Shown: one piece after another, positions 18,075 to 26,416 of the stretch
Layout of the letters: every line of letters begins with the position of its first letter
Position numbering within the stretch: position 1 is the first letter of the stretch
Assembly: GCA_905233585.1 (NCBI GenBank)
Contig: CAJOFD010000008.1
Coordinates: 3,077-67,076 of the forward strand
DNA: 64,000 bases
Source: an uncultured Bacteroidales bacterium
GTDB taxonomy: Bacteria > Bacteroidota > Bacteroidia > Bacteroidales > WCHB1-69
Direction: 5' to 3'
Made by a program: the position numbers and the translations under genes
Notes under the pieces: model-generated
The model's database searches: none
What the model was told of the DNA's origin: nothing
What the model saw: the letters and a program-made list of their open reading frames with translations, nothing else

Positions 18075-19298
18075 CTACAAATCTTTGGGATAGCAGATAA
18101 AAAATTTGCTGACAGTTTCAGACAAAGTTCTATGATTAAGATGATCGGATAATTCTTCCAATGGGTGTATATTGCCTTGTTTGTCAATTATCTGTATGGA
18201 TTCAATTTTTGCATTGTAGGCTCTGTTGACCATTTCTCCATTGATGACAAAATAAAGACTTTCCTTTGCGGTAAGATTAAATTTTTGGCATATTTGTGTT
18301 TTCTTCTTTTCAACATATTCTTTGCTGAAATCTTGTTCTGCCACTTCAATTTTAAACAAATTGCGTTGGTAAATTCTTTTACTCAGTTCAGAAAGTATAA
18401 TGTCATGGCTGTTTTGCCACATTTGGATACAAAACCAAATGGTGTTATCAGTGATGTTTAAATATTGATTAAGATTTTTTATATCTTTAAAATCAGATAT
18501 TTGTCTTTCTTTTTCAAAAAAGAAAGACAATTCGGGTGTTAGAAATATTTCTTGATGTTGTTGGTATAAATGTTTGGCACGGTTTAAGGTTGCAATCAGC
18601 ATTTGTTCTGCCACGTGTACTGTTTTGTGCAGATAGACTTGCCAATACATTAATCTTCGGGATATGATAAATTTTTCAATGGAATAAACCGCTTTTGCCT
18701 CAGCAACCAAACAATTGTCGTGTACATTTAACATTTGAATAATTCTTTCGGCTCCGATAACGCCTTCAGCAACACCAGAATAAAAACTGTCTCTATTCAA
18801 ATAGTCTAATCTATCAACATCTAACTGACTGGAAACCAATTGATGAAGAAAATGTTTGTGGTATTTATCTGTTAAAATATCAATAGTTAAGGTGAGTTTT
18901 CCTTTAAATTGATAGTTTAAATCGTTGATAATTAGTGTAGAAAATTTTTCGTGAGAGCAATTGGGCACCATGAAATATTCCAAAGCGTGAGAAAAAGCCG
19001 TATGTCCAATATCGTGGAGCAAAATTGCGGCTAAAACAGCCTCTTGTTCTTCTGTCGATATTTCTATTCCTTTGTTTAACAATGTTTCTACTGCATTTTG
19101 CATTAAAAACATGGCTCCAATAGAGTGTTGAAAGCGGCTATGGGTTGCTCCTGGATAGACCAAATAGGAAAGTCCTAATTGATGGATATGTCTTAATCGT
19201 TGGAAATAAGGGTGTTGTATCAAATCAAAACATAATTGACTTTTTATGCTGATAAGCCCATAGACAGGGTCATTGATTATTTTGGGATTTTTGTTCAT
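18075..19298 (-). CDS. HD-domain phosphohydrolase (SAMHD1/COG1078-like)
   Basis: 407 aa. INDPVYGLI, FQRLRHIHQLG, THSRFQHSIG and LLHDIGHTAFSH (HD motif). 4-nt gap after mutL. Confidence 0.75.
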   Translation of the reverse strand: MNKNPKIINDPVYGLISIKSQLCFDLIQHPYFQRLRHIHQLGLSYLVYPGATHSRFQHSIGAMFLMQNAVETLLNKGIEISTEEQEAVLAAILLHDIGHTAFSHALEYFMVPNCSHEKFSTLIINDLNYQFKGKLTLTIDILTDKYHKHFLHQLVSSQLDVDRLDYLNRDSFYSGVAEGVIGAERIIQMLNVHDNCLVAEAKAVYSIEKFIISRRLMYWQVYLHKTVHVAEQMLIATLNRAKHLYQQHQEIFLTPELSFFFEKERQISDFKDIKNLNQYLNITDNTIWFCIQMWQNSHDIILSELSKRIYQRNLFKIEVAEQDFSKEYVEKKKTQICQKFNLTAKESLYFVINGEMVNRAYNAKIESIQIIDKQGNIHPLEELSDHLNHRTLSETVSKFFICYPKDL

Positions 19299-19302
19299 TG
19301 GG

Positions 19303-21159
19303 TTAACTGAAAAAACGGACTAATTCTTTATCGTTGATAATAATACATGTTTTTTTTCCACTTGGTGAAAGTTGCGGAGATGAAGAGCAAAATAGTTCAT
19401 TTATAATATTTTGCATTTCTTTTTGAGACATGTTTTCTGTGTTTTGTTTGCGACAAAGTGTTGTTGCATAAGAGTGGGCAAGATTATTTTTTTTGCTGAT
19501 TTTTAGCGATAAAAGATTGTTGTTAAATGTTTCCAACATTTGTTCAATCAATTGTTGAGGTTGCTCTTTATTGTCTGCATCTGTTGGTATACCGTTGATA
19601 ATGAATGTATTTTTTCCAAATTCTTCAATATCAAACCCCAATTTATTGAAATCATTCAAGATATCTTTCATCGTTTCGGTATTTTGTGGGGACAATGTAA
19701 TAGTTTCCGCAAAAAGCAACTTTTGACATGCACTTTCATTATTGGCACTTTCCAATTTGTTGAGGTATCTGTCAAAAAAGATACGTTCTAATGCTGCTGA
19801 GATTTTTATTAATACAATACCTGATTTTATTTTTCCAACAATATAATCATCAAATACTTGAAAAACTGCAGGTGGTGTTATTTCTTCGAGTTTTTCTTCC
19901 TTTTCTTCGGAGGGAAATGGTATATTAGGTTCTGTATCACTTGTGGGTTCCGGTGTATTTTCTTTTATAAATTCGTAAATATTTTCCCAACCTTTTACCG
20001 ATTGTTTGGGTGTCCAATTCGATTTATTGGATTGATTGTTTTTGTTTTCGAAAGGATTATAGTTTTCATTACTATAAGTTATGGGTTCTCTGATGGAAGA
20101 TATTGGCTTATAGGTATAACTATTTAAATCCAATGGAGAAATATTGTCAAAATCAATGTTGGAATTCAGGTTAAATGCACCTAAACTATGCCTTGTTGTT
20201 GCATGTATAATTTTGTAAATGGCTTGTTCTTCTCTAAATTTGACTTCGGTTTTAGTCGGATGAATGTTTATATCGATATTTTCAGGTTTGATGTGCAGAA
20301 AAATAAAATAACTTGGATAAGTTTTTTCCGGAATTAGTTGTTCAAAAGCCGAAACAATGGCATGGTGAAAATAAGAATGTTTTATAAATCTGTCATTGAC
20401 AAACATATATTGTTCGCCTTTTGTTTTTTTGGCATATTCGGGCAAGGAAATAAATCCTGAGATTTGAATAATATCGTTTTTTTCTTCAACAGGTATAAGT
20501 TTTTCTTTGTAATGATTGCCGAAAATGCTGACAATACGTTGTTTGGGTGATTCAGGCAATAGGTTATATTCCAAATTGTCGTTGTGATACAATTTGAAGT
20601 GTATATTGTTGTGTACTAATGCAATACGAATGAATTCTTCTTGAATATGACCAAATTCAACATTGTCTGATTTTAAGAAATTTCTTCGTGCGGGGACATT
20701 GAAAAATAAATTTTTAACAAAAAATTTTGTTCCTTTTTCACAAGAGCAAGAATTTTGTTCAATACATTTGCAGGCTTCGACAAGCAATTTTGTTCCTAAA
20801 TTATCTGCTGCTCTTTTGGTTTGCAATTCCACTTGAGCAATGGCAGCAATAGAGGCGAGTGCCTCTCCTCGAAAACCTTTGGTGTGGAGGTGGAACAAAT
20901 CGTCTGCACATTTTATTTTAGAGGTGGCATGACGTTCAAAACATAAACGAGCATCAGTTTCACTCATTCCTATGCCATTGTCTATCACTTCAATAAGTGT
21001 TTTTCCTGCATTTTTTACAATGACTTCTATTTGTGTAGCCTGTGCATCAACAGCATTTTCCACCAATTCTTTGATTACAGAAGCAGGTCGTTGTATAACT
21101 TCCCCTGCTGCAATTTGATTGGCTACACTATCAGGTAAAATATTGATGATGTCGGACAT
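19303..21159 (-). CDS. mutL: DNA mismatch repair protein MutL
   Basis: 618 aa. N-terminal GHKL ATPase motifs (IAAGEVIQRPASVIKELVENAVDA, DNGIGM, FRGEALASI). Confidence 0.9.
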   Translation of the reverse strand: MSDIINILPDSVANQIAAGEVIQRPASVIKELVENAVDAQATQIEVIVKNAGKTLIEVIDNGIGMSETDARLCFERHATSKIKCADDLFHLHTKGFRGEALASIAAIAQVELQTKRAADNLGTKLLVEACKCIEQNSCSCEKGTKFFVKNLFFNVPARRNFLKSDNVEFGHIQEEFIRIALVHNNIHFKLYHNDNLEYNLLPESPKQRIVSIFGNHYKEKLIPVEEKNDIIQISGFISLPEYAKKTKGEQYMFVNDRFIKHSYFHHAIVSAFEQLIPEKTYPSYFIFLHIKPENIDINIHPTKTEVKFREEQAIYKIIHATTRHSLGAFNLNSNIDFDNISPLDLNSYTYKPISSIREPITYSNENYNPFENKNNQSNKSNWTPKQSVKGWENIYEFIKENTPEPTSDTEPNIPFPSEEKEEKLEEITPPAVFQVFDDYIVGKIKSGIVLIKISAALERIFFDRYLNKLESANNESACQKLLFAETITLSPQNTETMKDILNDFNKLGFDIEEFGKNTFIINGIPTDADNKEQPQQLIEQMLETFNNNLLSLKISKKNNLAHSYATTLCRKQNTENMSQKEMQNIINELFCSSSPQLSPSGKKTCIIINDKELVRFFS

Positions 21160-21162
21160 AAA

Positions 21163-21405
21163 CTATAAAACAGACATTATATATAACAATAACAACAAAA
21201 TAGCAACCATAATAAGTAGGCGTTTTAAAGGTAGTTGTTTTCCTTGTCGTTTTTGTTCTATTCTATGATGAAATTTGTCGCCAAATTCAATATTTGAGGA
21301 GTCTCCAGAAACAATTTTTTCTTTTTTTATTTCCTCATCTGATTTATCATAAAATCTTGGTTTATAATTGAATGTTCGTTTCTCAGGTGCTTTGAATAAT
21401 TTCAT
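21163..21405 (-). CDS. small C-terminally membrane-anchored hypothetical protein
   Basis: 80-aa ORF, 3 nt upstream of mutL. Charged N-terminus and one C-terminal TM helix (LLIMVAILLLLLYIMSVL). Confidence 0.45.
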   Translation of the reverse strand: MKLFKAPEKRTFNYKPRFYDKSDEEIKKEKIVSGDSSNIEFGDKFHHRIEQKRQGKQLPLKRLLIMVAILLLLLYIMSVL

Positions 21406-21489
21406 TTTTGTACAATATAATTAATATGTAAAATTATCATTTAAATTTTGTTTTTCCAAAGTAATGAGTATCATTTGTTAACAATTTTG

Positions 21490-23220
21490 TTAGCAAAGTC
21501 CTAAATCCCTTTTCATTTGTTCAATGGTCTCGCTGCATTGTTTGTCTAATGTATCAATTTCATTTTTGGAGTGTATTGCACTTTTTACTCCGAAATAAAA
21601 TTTGATTTTAGGTTCTGTGCCAGATGGACGAACGGTAATTTTACTGCCATTGGCTAAGAAAAATTGCAAAACATTTGATTTGGGTAGGTTAATGGTTTCA
21701 GTTGTGCCATTTTGAAGGTTGTAAGTTAAAGATGTTTGGTAATCTTTAATCATAACAATTTCTTGATTGTCAATTTTTTTCGGTGGATTTTGTCTGAATT
21801 GTTGCATCATGTTTTTTATTTCTTCCAATCCATTAAAGCCTTGTTTGGTGATAGAGAGCAGGCTTTCTTTGTAATAGCCGTATTGCATATAAATGTCGCA
21901 CAATAAATCATAAAGTGTTTTTCCTTGACATTTGGCCCATGCTGCAATTTCAGCAATGATAGAGCACGAAATAACAGCATCTTTATCTCTGACAAAATCA
22001 CCGATAAGGTAGCCATAACTTTCTTCACCGCCTCCGATAAATTGTTCTTTGCCTTCCAATAGTCTGATTTGTTCGGCAATATATTTGAAACCCGTTAAAA
22101 CATCGTAGCATTTGATGTTGTAATGTTTGGCTATTTCTGCCAATAGTTCAGTGGTTACAATGGTTTTTACGATGAATTCTTTTCCCTTGAGTTTTCCTTT
22201 GTTTTTCCATTCTTGGCAGAGATAACTGATAATCAGCGAAGCGGTTGCATTTCCATTTAGAAGGATAAATTCATTTTGATGGTTTCTAACAGCAATGCCC
22301 ACTCTGTCGCTATCGGGGTCAGTTGCCAAAACTAACTCAGCGTTGTTATTTTTTGCCAAATTGATAGCCATAGATAGAGCCTCAGCATTTTCTGGATTGG
22401 GTGAAATGACCGTTGGAAAATTTCCATCGGCAATAGCTTGTTCTGGAACAGATGTAACATTTTGAAAGCCAAATGTCTTTAAACACATTGGCACTAAATT
22501 GCGTCCTGTGCCGTGTAGGGGACTATAAACAATAGACAAATCTTTTTGCTGTTCAATACATTCAGGGTGTAATGATAAGGTCTTTAGCTGTTTAATGTAT
22601 ATTTCGTCAATTTCTTTACCAATAATATGGAGTAGGGCATTGTTGCCATTCATTTTTACCTCATCAATAGATTTTATCAAACGGTTTTCGGCAATAACAT
22701 TTTCATCATGAGGTGGAACCAATTGGGCTCCATCGCTCCAATAGACCTTATAGCCGTTATATTCTTTGGGATTGTGAGAAGCGGTGATAACAATACCACA
22801 TGTGCATTTGAGATGCCGTACTGCAAATGACAATTCGGGCGTAGGACGAATATCGTCCAAAAGAAATGTTTCTATTCCATTGGCAGTTAAAACGTTGGCG
22901 GTAACTTCTGCAAAAAAACGGCTATTGTTACGAGAGTCGTAGGCAATAGCGGCTTTGGGAGTGCTATGCTTGCCTTCAATTTTTTTGACATAATTGCATA
23001 AACCTTGTGTGGCTAAGGCAACGGTATATTTGTTCATTCTGTTGGTGCCAACGCCCATAATGCCGCGCAACCCACCGGTTCCAAATTCTAAATCTCTGTA
23101 AAAAGCGTCTTCCAATTCTGTTGGATTGGTTTGTTCCAATTGACGAATAAACGCTTTGTCTTCTTCGGCGTAATTGCCGTTCAACCATGAATTTATGTTG
23201 TTTTTTGTTGTCTCGTTCAT
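21490..23220 (-). CDS. phospho-sugar mutase (phosphoglucomutase/phosphomannomutase family)
   Basis: 576 aa. Active-site loop ITASHNPKEYNGYKVY, metal loop ATDPDSDR and sugar loop GGEESYG. Confidence 0.85.
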   Translation of the reverse strand: MNETTKNNINSWLNGNYAEEDKAFIRQLEQTNPTELEDAFYRDLEFGTGGLRGIMGVGTNRMNKYTVALATQGLCNYVKKIEGKHSTPKAAIAYDSRNNSRFFAEVTANVLTANGIETFLLDDIRPTPELSFAVRHLKCTCGIVITASHNPKEYNGYKVYWSDGAQLVPPHDENVIAENRLIKSIDEVKMNGNNALLHIIGKEIDEIYIKQLKTLSLHPECIEQQKDLSIVYSPLHGTGRNLVPMCLKTFGFQNVTSVPEQAIADGNFPTVISPNPENAEALSMAINLAKNNNAELVLATDPDSDRVGIAVRNHQNEFILLNGNATASLIISYLCQEWKNKGKLKGKEFIVKTIVTTELLAEIAKHYNIKCYDVLTGFKYIAEQIRLLEGKEQFIGGGEESYGYLIGDFVRDKDAVISCSIIAEIAAWAKCQGKTLYDLLCDIYMQYGYYKESLLSITKQGFNGLEEIKNMMQQFRQNPPKKIDNQEIVMIKDYQTSLTYNLQNGTTETINLPKSNVLQFFLANGSKITVRPSGTEPKIKFYFGVKSAIHSKNEIDTLDKQCSETIEQMKRDLGLC

Positions 23221-23233
23221 GAGCTGTTTATTT

Positions 23234-24382
23234 TTATTGGTTATTGATATTATTGTATTGCATTGATTTTCTTTGTTCTATCCATTCTTGGAAATAAGGA
23301 TTTTTGACTGCTTTGGCAAAATGCCTGGAATAATTTTCCACATCTTCTGGCATAGGCAAAAACAATTTGTCAACTTCCAATATGGTTTCGGTTAGTTTTT
23401 GATAGTCTTCAAGTGCATAATAAATGTTCATTTTTTCTACATATAGGTCGAACAATCCCGGTAGATAGACAATTGCACTATCCAGAGTCTGCAGAGCAAA
23501 ATCGTAAGCATCAACATTGAAAAACACTTGCGACATATAGAGATAATAAATAGGGTCAAAACCGCAATGTTTGACTAAGTTGTTGATATTGTTTTGCGTT
23601 TCTTCAACCAAACCATTGGCCATGGAACTATGTATAAGGTAAAAATCGGCTATACGCTCTTCTGTTGTAAAGTTTTGTTTGAATTTATCGGCATATTCTT
23701 CAAACTCATCATAATTATATAAAAGACTGGCTAATTTTAGGTCTAAAACTCTGGCGTATAGATTGTTTTGTTCTTGCGGAAGCAAGTATAAGAGCAAACT
23801 GTCAGCTTTGTCAAGTTCATCATTTTCAATATATGATTTTGCTATAAGCAATTTATTGGTATTTGCAATTTCTTCGTTGAGAATGTTGAATTTAACAGCC
23901 ATTTCAAAACGATAATTTTCACTCCATTTAACGCCTGAATTGACGATAAAAACATCTTCTATTTTAATGGCTCCGTCAACAACTTTTAATTCATATTCTT
24001 CAATGGAAATGCCTCCTTGGTAATATAATCGGAATAGAGCAAAGGCTTGGTTGTCTTTTCGGTAGAATTTTAGAAACATAAAATCTCCGCCGTTTTTAAC
24101 GGCTTCTGCTTTGAGGTTGCCAGGTGAAATTTCGTTTTTGAGCATAGTTTCAGCCTCTTCTTGTTCTTGTTTATTGAGATTGAAATCTGACAAAACAAGT
24201 TTGCAAAAACTTTTATAATCAAATGCTTGATTCATTATATCGGCATTGCCTTCCAAAATGGATTTTTCTATATTTTTGGCAAAAGCGATATATTCATCAT
24301 CGCTAAAATCTTTGTTTTTGCAAGAATGAAATGTTGTTGTTAAAGCCAACAAACAAATTGTAAAAATAATATGTTTTTTCAT
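23234..24382 (-). CDS. hypothetical lipoprotein (helical, TPR-like C-terminal half)
   Basis: Lipobox LTTTFHSC. No family recognised. Co-directional with the R-M genes and the mutase. Confidence 0.5.
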   Translation of the reverse strand: MKKHIIFTICLLALTTTFHSCKNKDFSDDEYIAFAKNIEKSILEGNADIMNQAFDYKSFCKLVLSDFNLNKQEQEEAETMLKNEISPGNLKAEAVKNGGDFMFLKFYRKDNQAFALFRLYYQGGISIEEYELKVVDGAIKIEDVFIVNSGVKWSENYRFEMAVKFNILNEEIANTNKLLIAKSYIENDELDKADSLLLYLLPQEQNNLYARVLDLKLASLLYNYDEFEEYADKFKQNFTTEERIADFYLIHSSMANGLVEETQNNINNLVKHCGFDPIYYLYMSQVFFNVDAYDFALQTLDSAIVYLPGLFDLYVEKMNIYYALEDYQKLTETILEVDKLFLPMPEDVENYSRHFAKAVKNPYFQEWIEQRKSMQYNNINNQ

Positions 24383-24410
24383 GATTTATTGTTGTTATTT
24401 GTTAAATAAT

Positions 24411-24608
24411 TCAGTCGTTATAATCTTCCCAAAATAGTTCTTCGCCCGTATGAAAATCTTCTATTCGAAAATCTTCCCCACAACCATCGCAATGATAATA
24501 AATCACATCTCGGTGGTCATTGTGATCGTCATCTTGAACAACTATTACTTCCCAATAATCATTGGAGCAATTGCATTTTTTATATTTTATTGTATCTATT
24601 GTATTCAT
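24411..24608 (-). CDS. small highly acidic Cys-pair (zinc-ribbon-like) hypothetical protein
   Basis: 65 aa with CNC...CDGC cysteine pairs. I counted 18 D/E against 5 K/R. 26 nt downstream of the methyltransferase, same strand. Confidence 0.45.
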   Translation of the reverse strand: MNTIDTIKYKKCNCSNDYWEVIVVQDDDHNDHRDVIYYHCDGCGEDFRIEDFHTGEELFWEDYND

Positions 24609-24634
24609 TAAGGTTATGCTCCTTTTGAGATAAT

Positions 24635-25537
24635 TTAAAATAAAAATCCTTGTTTTAAGAGTGGTTCTAATCGTTTGTTGGCTAATTTAACATAGTCTTC
24701 ATTTGTGTCATAACCAATAAAATTACGTTTAGATTTCAATGCAGAAACAGCTGTTGTACCGCTTCCCATAAAAGGGTCTAAAATAATATCATCTGTAAAG
24801 GAATATAATTGTATTAATCTATATGGTAATTCTTCTGGGAATGGAGCAGGATGACCTATACGTTTAGCACTTTCGGCATTCATAGTCCAAATGGATTTTG
24901 TCCATTCCATGAATTGTTCTTTCGTAATAGTATTTTCCTTGTCTCGTTTTTCTCTTTTATAGTCTCCCTTTGAAAAAATAAGAATATATTCGTGTACATC
25001 TCTCAAAATTGGATTAGCGGCACTTTGCCAACTACCCCATGCCGTAGATGGACTTGCACTTGCTGCTTTATTCCAAATAATTTCACCTCGCATATTAAAT
25101 CCAATTTTAAGCATTATTTGAGAAACATAATCAGACAAAGGAATGTAGGGTTTTCTCCCTAAATTTGCAACATTTATACATGCTCGTCCTCCATTTACTA
25201 AAACTCGATAAGTTTCTCTAAATGAATTTTCTAGTAAAGTTAAATATTCACTTAAAGACAAATCGTTATCATATTCTTTTGATACATTGTATGGAGGTGA
25301 GGTTATCATCAAATGAACTGAACTATTGGGAATTTCTATCAAATGTTCTGCTGTTCCTACGATAATTTTATTCAGATACTCTAATGGAAATATATTCTCA
25401 TTCTTTTCTACTAAAATCTCTGTCTTTTCCAGCTCTTTATATAATTTAGAATTGTAGAATTTTTCCGAGTTATGATTAATTCTTCCACTTGTTCCAAATG
25501 TACTTGTTGTAGTGCCTTTTTTGGGTATTTTTGCCAT
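24635..25537 (-). CDS. type II DNA methyltransferase, beta-class N4/N6 amino-MTase (SPPY motif, leaning N4-cytosine)
   Basis: 300 aa. Catalytic motif IV (HLMITSPPYNV) precedes the AdoMet motif I (ILDPFMGSGTTAVSA), which is the beta-class order. Confidence 0.8.
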   Translation of the reverse strand: MAKIPKKGTTTSTFGTSGRINHNSEKFYNSKLYKELEKTEILVEKNENIFPLEYLNKIIVGTAEHLIEIPNSSVHLMITSPPYNVSKEYDNDLSLSEYLTLLENSFRETYRVLVNGGRACINVANLGRKPYIPLSDYVSQIMLKIGFNMRGEIIWNKAASASPSTAWGSWQSAANPILRDVHEYILIFSKGDYKREKRDKENTITKEQFMEWTKSIWTMNAESAKRIGHPAPFPEELPYRLIQLYSFTDDIILDPFMGSGTTAVSALKSKRNFIGYDTNEDYVKLANKRLEPLLKQGFLF

Positions 25538-25546
25538 AAAAGATAT

Positions 25547-26404
25547 TTAACGAATTAATGATAAAAACTTTTCTGCTCTTGCTGTATCTGTTTTTTCTTT
25601 ATTTGCAAGAGTAATAATTTTTCCTAAATCTCTTTTACTTATCATTGAAGAAAAATAGTATAAATTATTCTCAACTAAATTTTTCATTAGAGAGGATAAA
25701 GATTTTTCTGTTGAAATAGTAATAAAACCTTTCTGAGGAGTTTCTTTAATAAAATCAGTATCTGTTGGATGTGGATTTAATGATATGAACTGTTGTATAA
25801 CGCCACATTTTTTCAGATAATCAACTTTTTTAACATAATTTGTAGTTATAGGGGAATTACCTAAAATAACAATAGGAATATTCGCACTTTTTTCTCCAGA
25901 AACTCTAATATTAATTGATTTTCCTATAGCTTTTAACATGCTATCGGAACGTAATAAAGATGGTGTTCCTTGGTGAGACTTATAATCACCAAGGAATTTT
26001 ATAGTATTCGGTTTGGTGAATTGATAATTAGATACTATGCTCATTTTTATTTCAAATAGCAATTTAATATCTTTTGCTTCTTGGTTTATTTTATTTTTTG
26101 TGCAAAAAGCTAAATCTGCACTTGTTTTTTGTGTAAGTCCAATTTCTTCACAAACAACACCATTGATAGCGTATAATCCTAATTTTCTTGCGATTGGATG
26201 CAATAAATCTTTGCACCATTTTTCTGTAAATTGCCCAATAAGAGCATTTCTAGATTGTAAGGTTTGTCCCTCTGCATGCATATCTTTAGGAACATATGCA
26301 AATGTGCCTTTTTTTAATTTATAAAACAATTGTTCTGGTGCAGCGAACCCCTTTAATGCTTTTGTAAAAAATTGTTTTTCTGTTTGTGTATTCCAAAATT
26401 CCAT
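25547..26404 (-). CDS. putative type II restriction endonuclease (PD-(D/E)xK-like)
   Basis: 285 aa, 9 nt upstream of the MTase. Candidate catalytic pattern SADLAF...(21 aa)...LLFEIKMS fits D...ExK. No specific enzyme family recognised. Confidence 0.55.
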   Translation of the reverse strand: MEFWNTQTEKQFFTKALKGFAAPEQLFYKLKKGTFAYVPKDMHAEGQTLQSRNALIGQFTEKWCKDLLHPIARKLGLYAINGVVCEEIGLTQKTSADLAFCTKNKINQEAKDIKLLFEIKMSIVSNYQFTKPNTIKFLGDYKSHQGTPSLLRSDSMLKAIGKSINIRVSGEKSANIPIVILGNSPITTNYVKKVDYLKKCGVIQQFISLNPHPTDTDFIKETPQKGFITISTEKSLSSLMKNLVENNLYYFSSMISKRDLGKIITLANKEKTDTARAEKFLSLIR

Positions 26405-26416
26405 ATCTAATAGACT

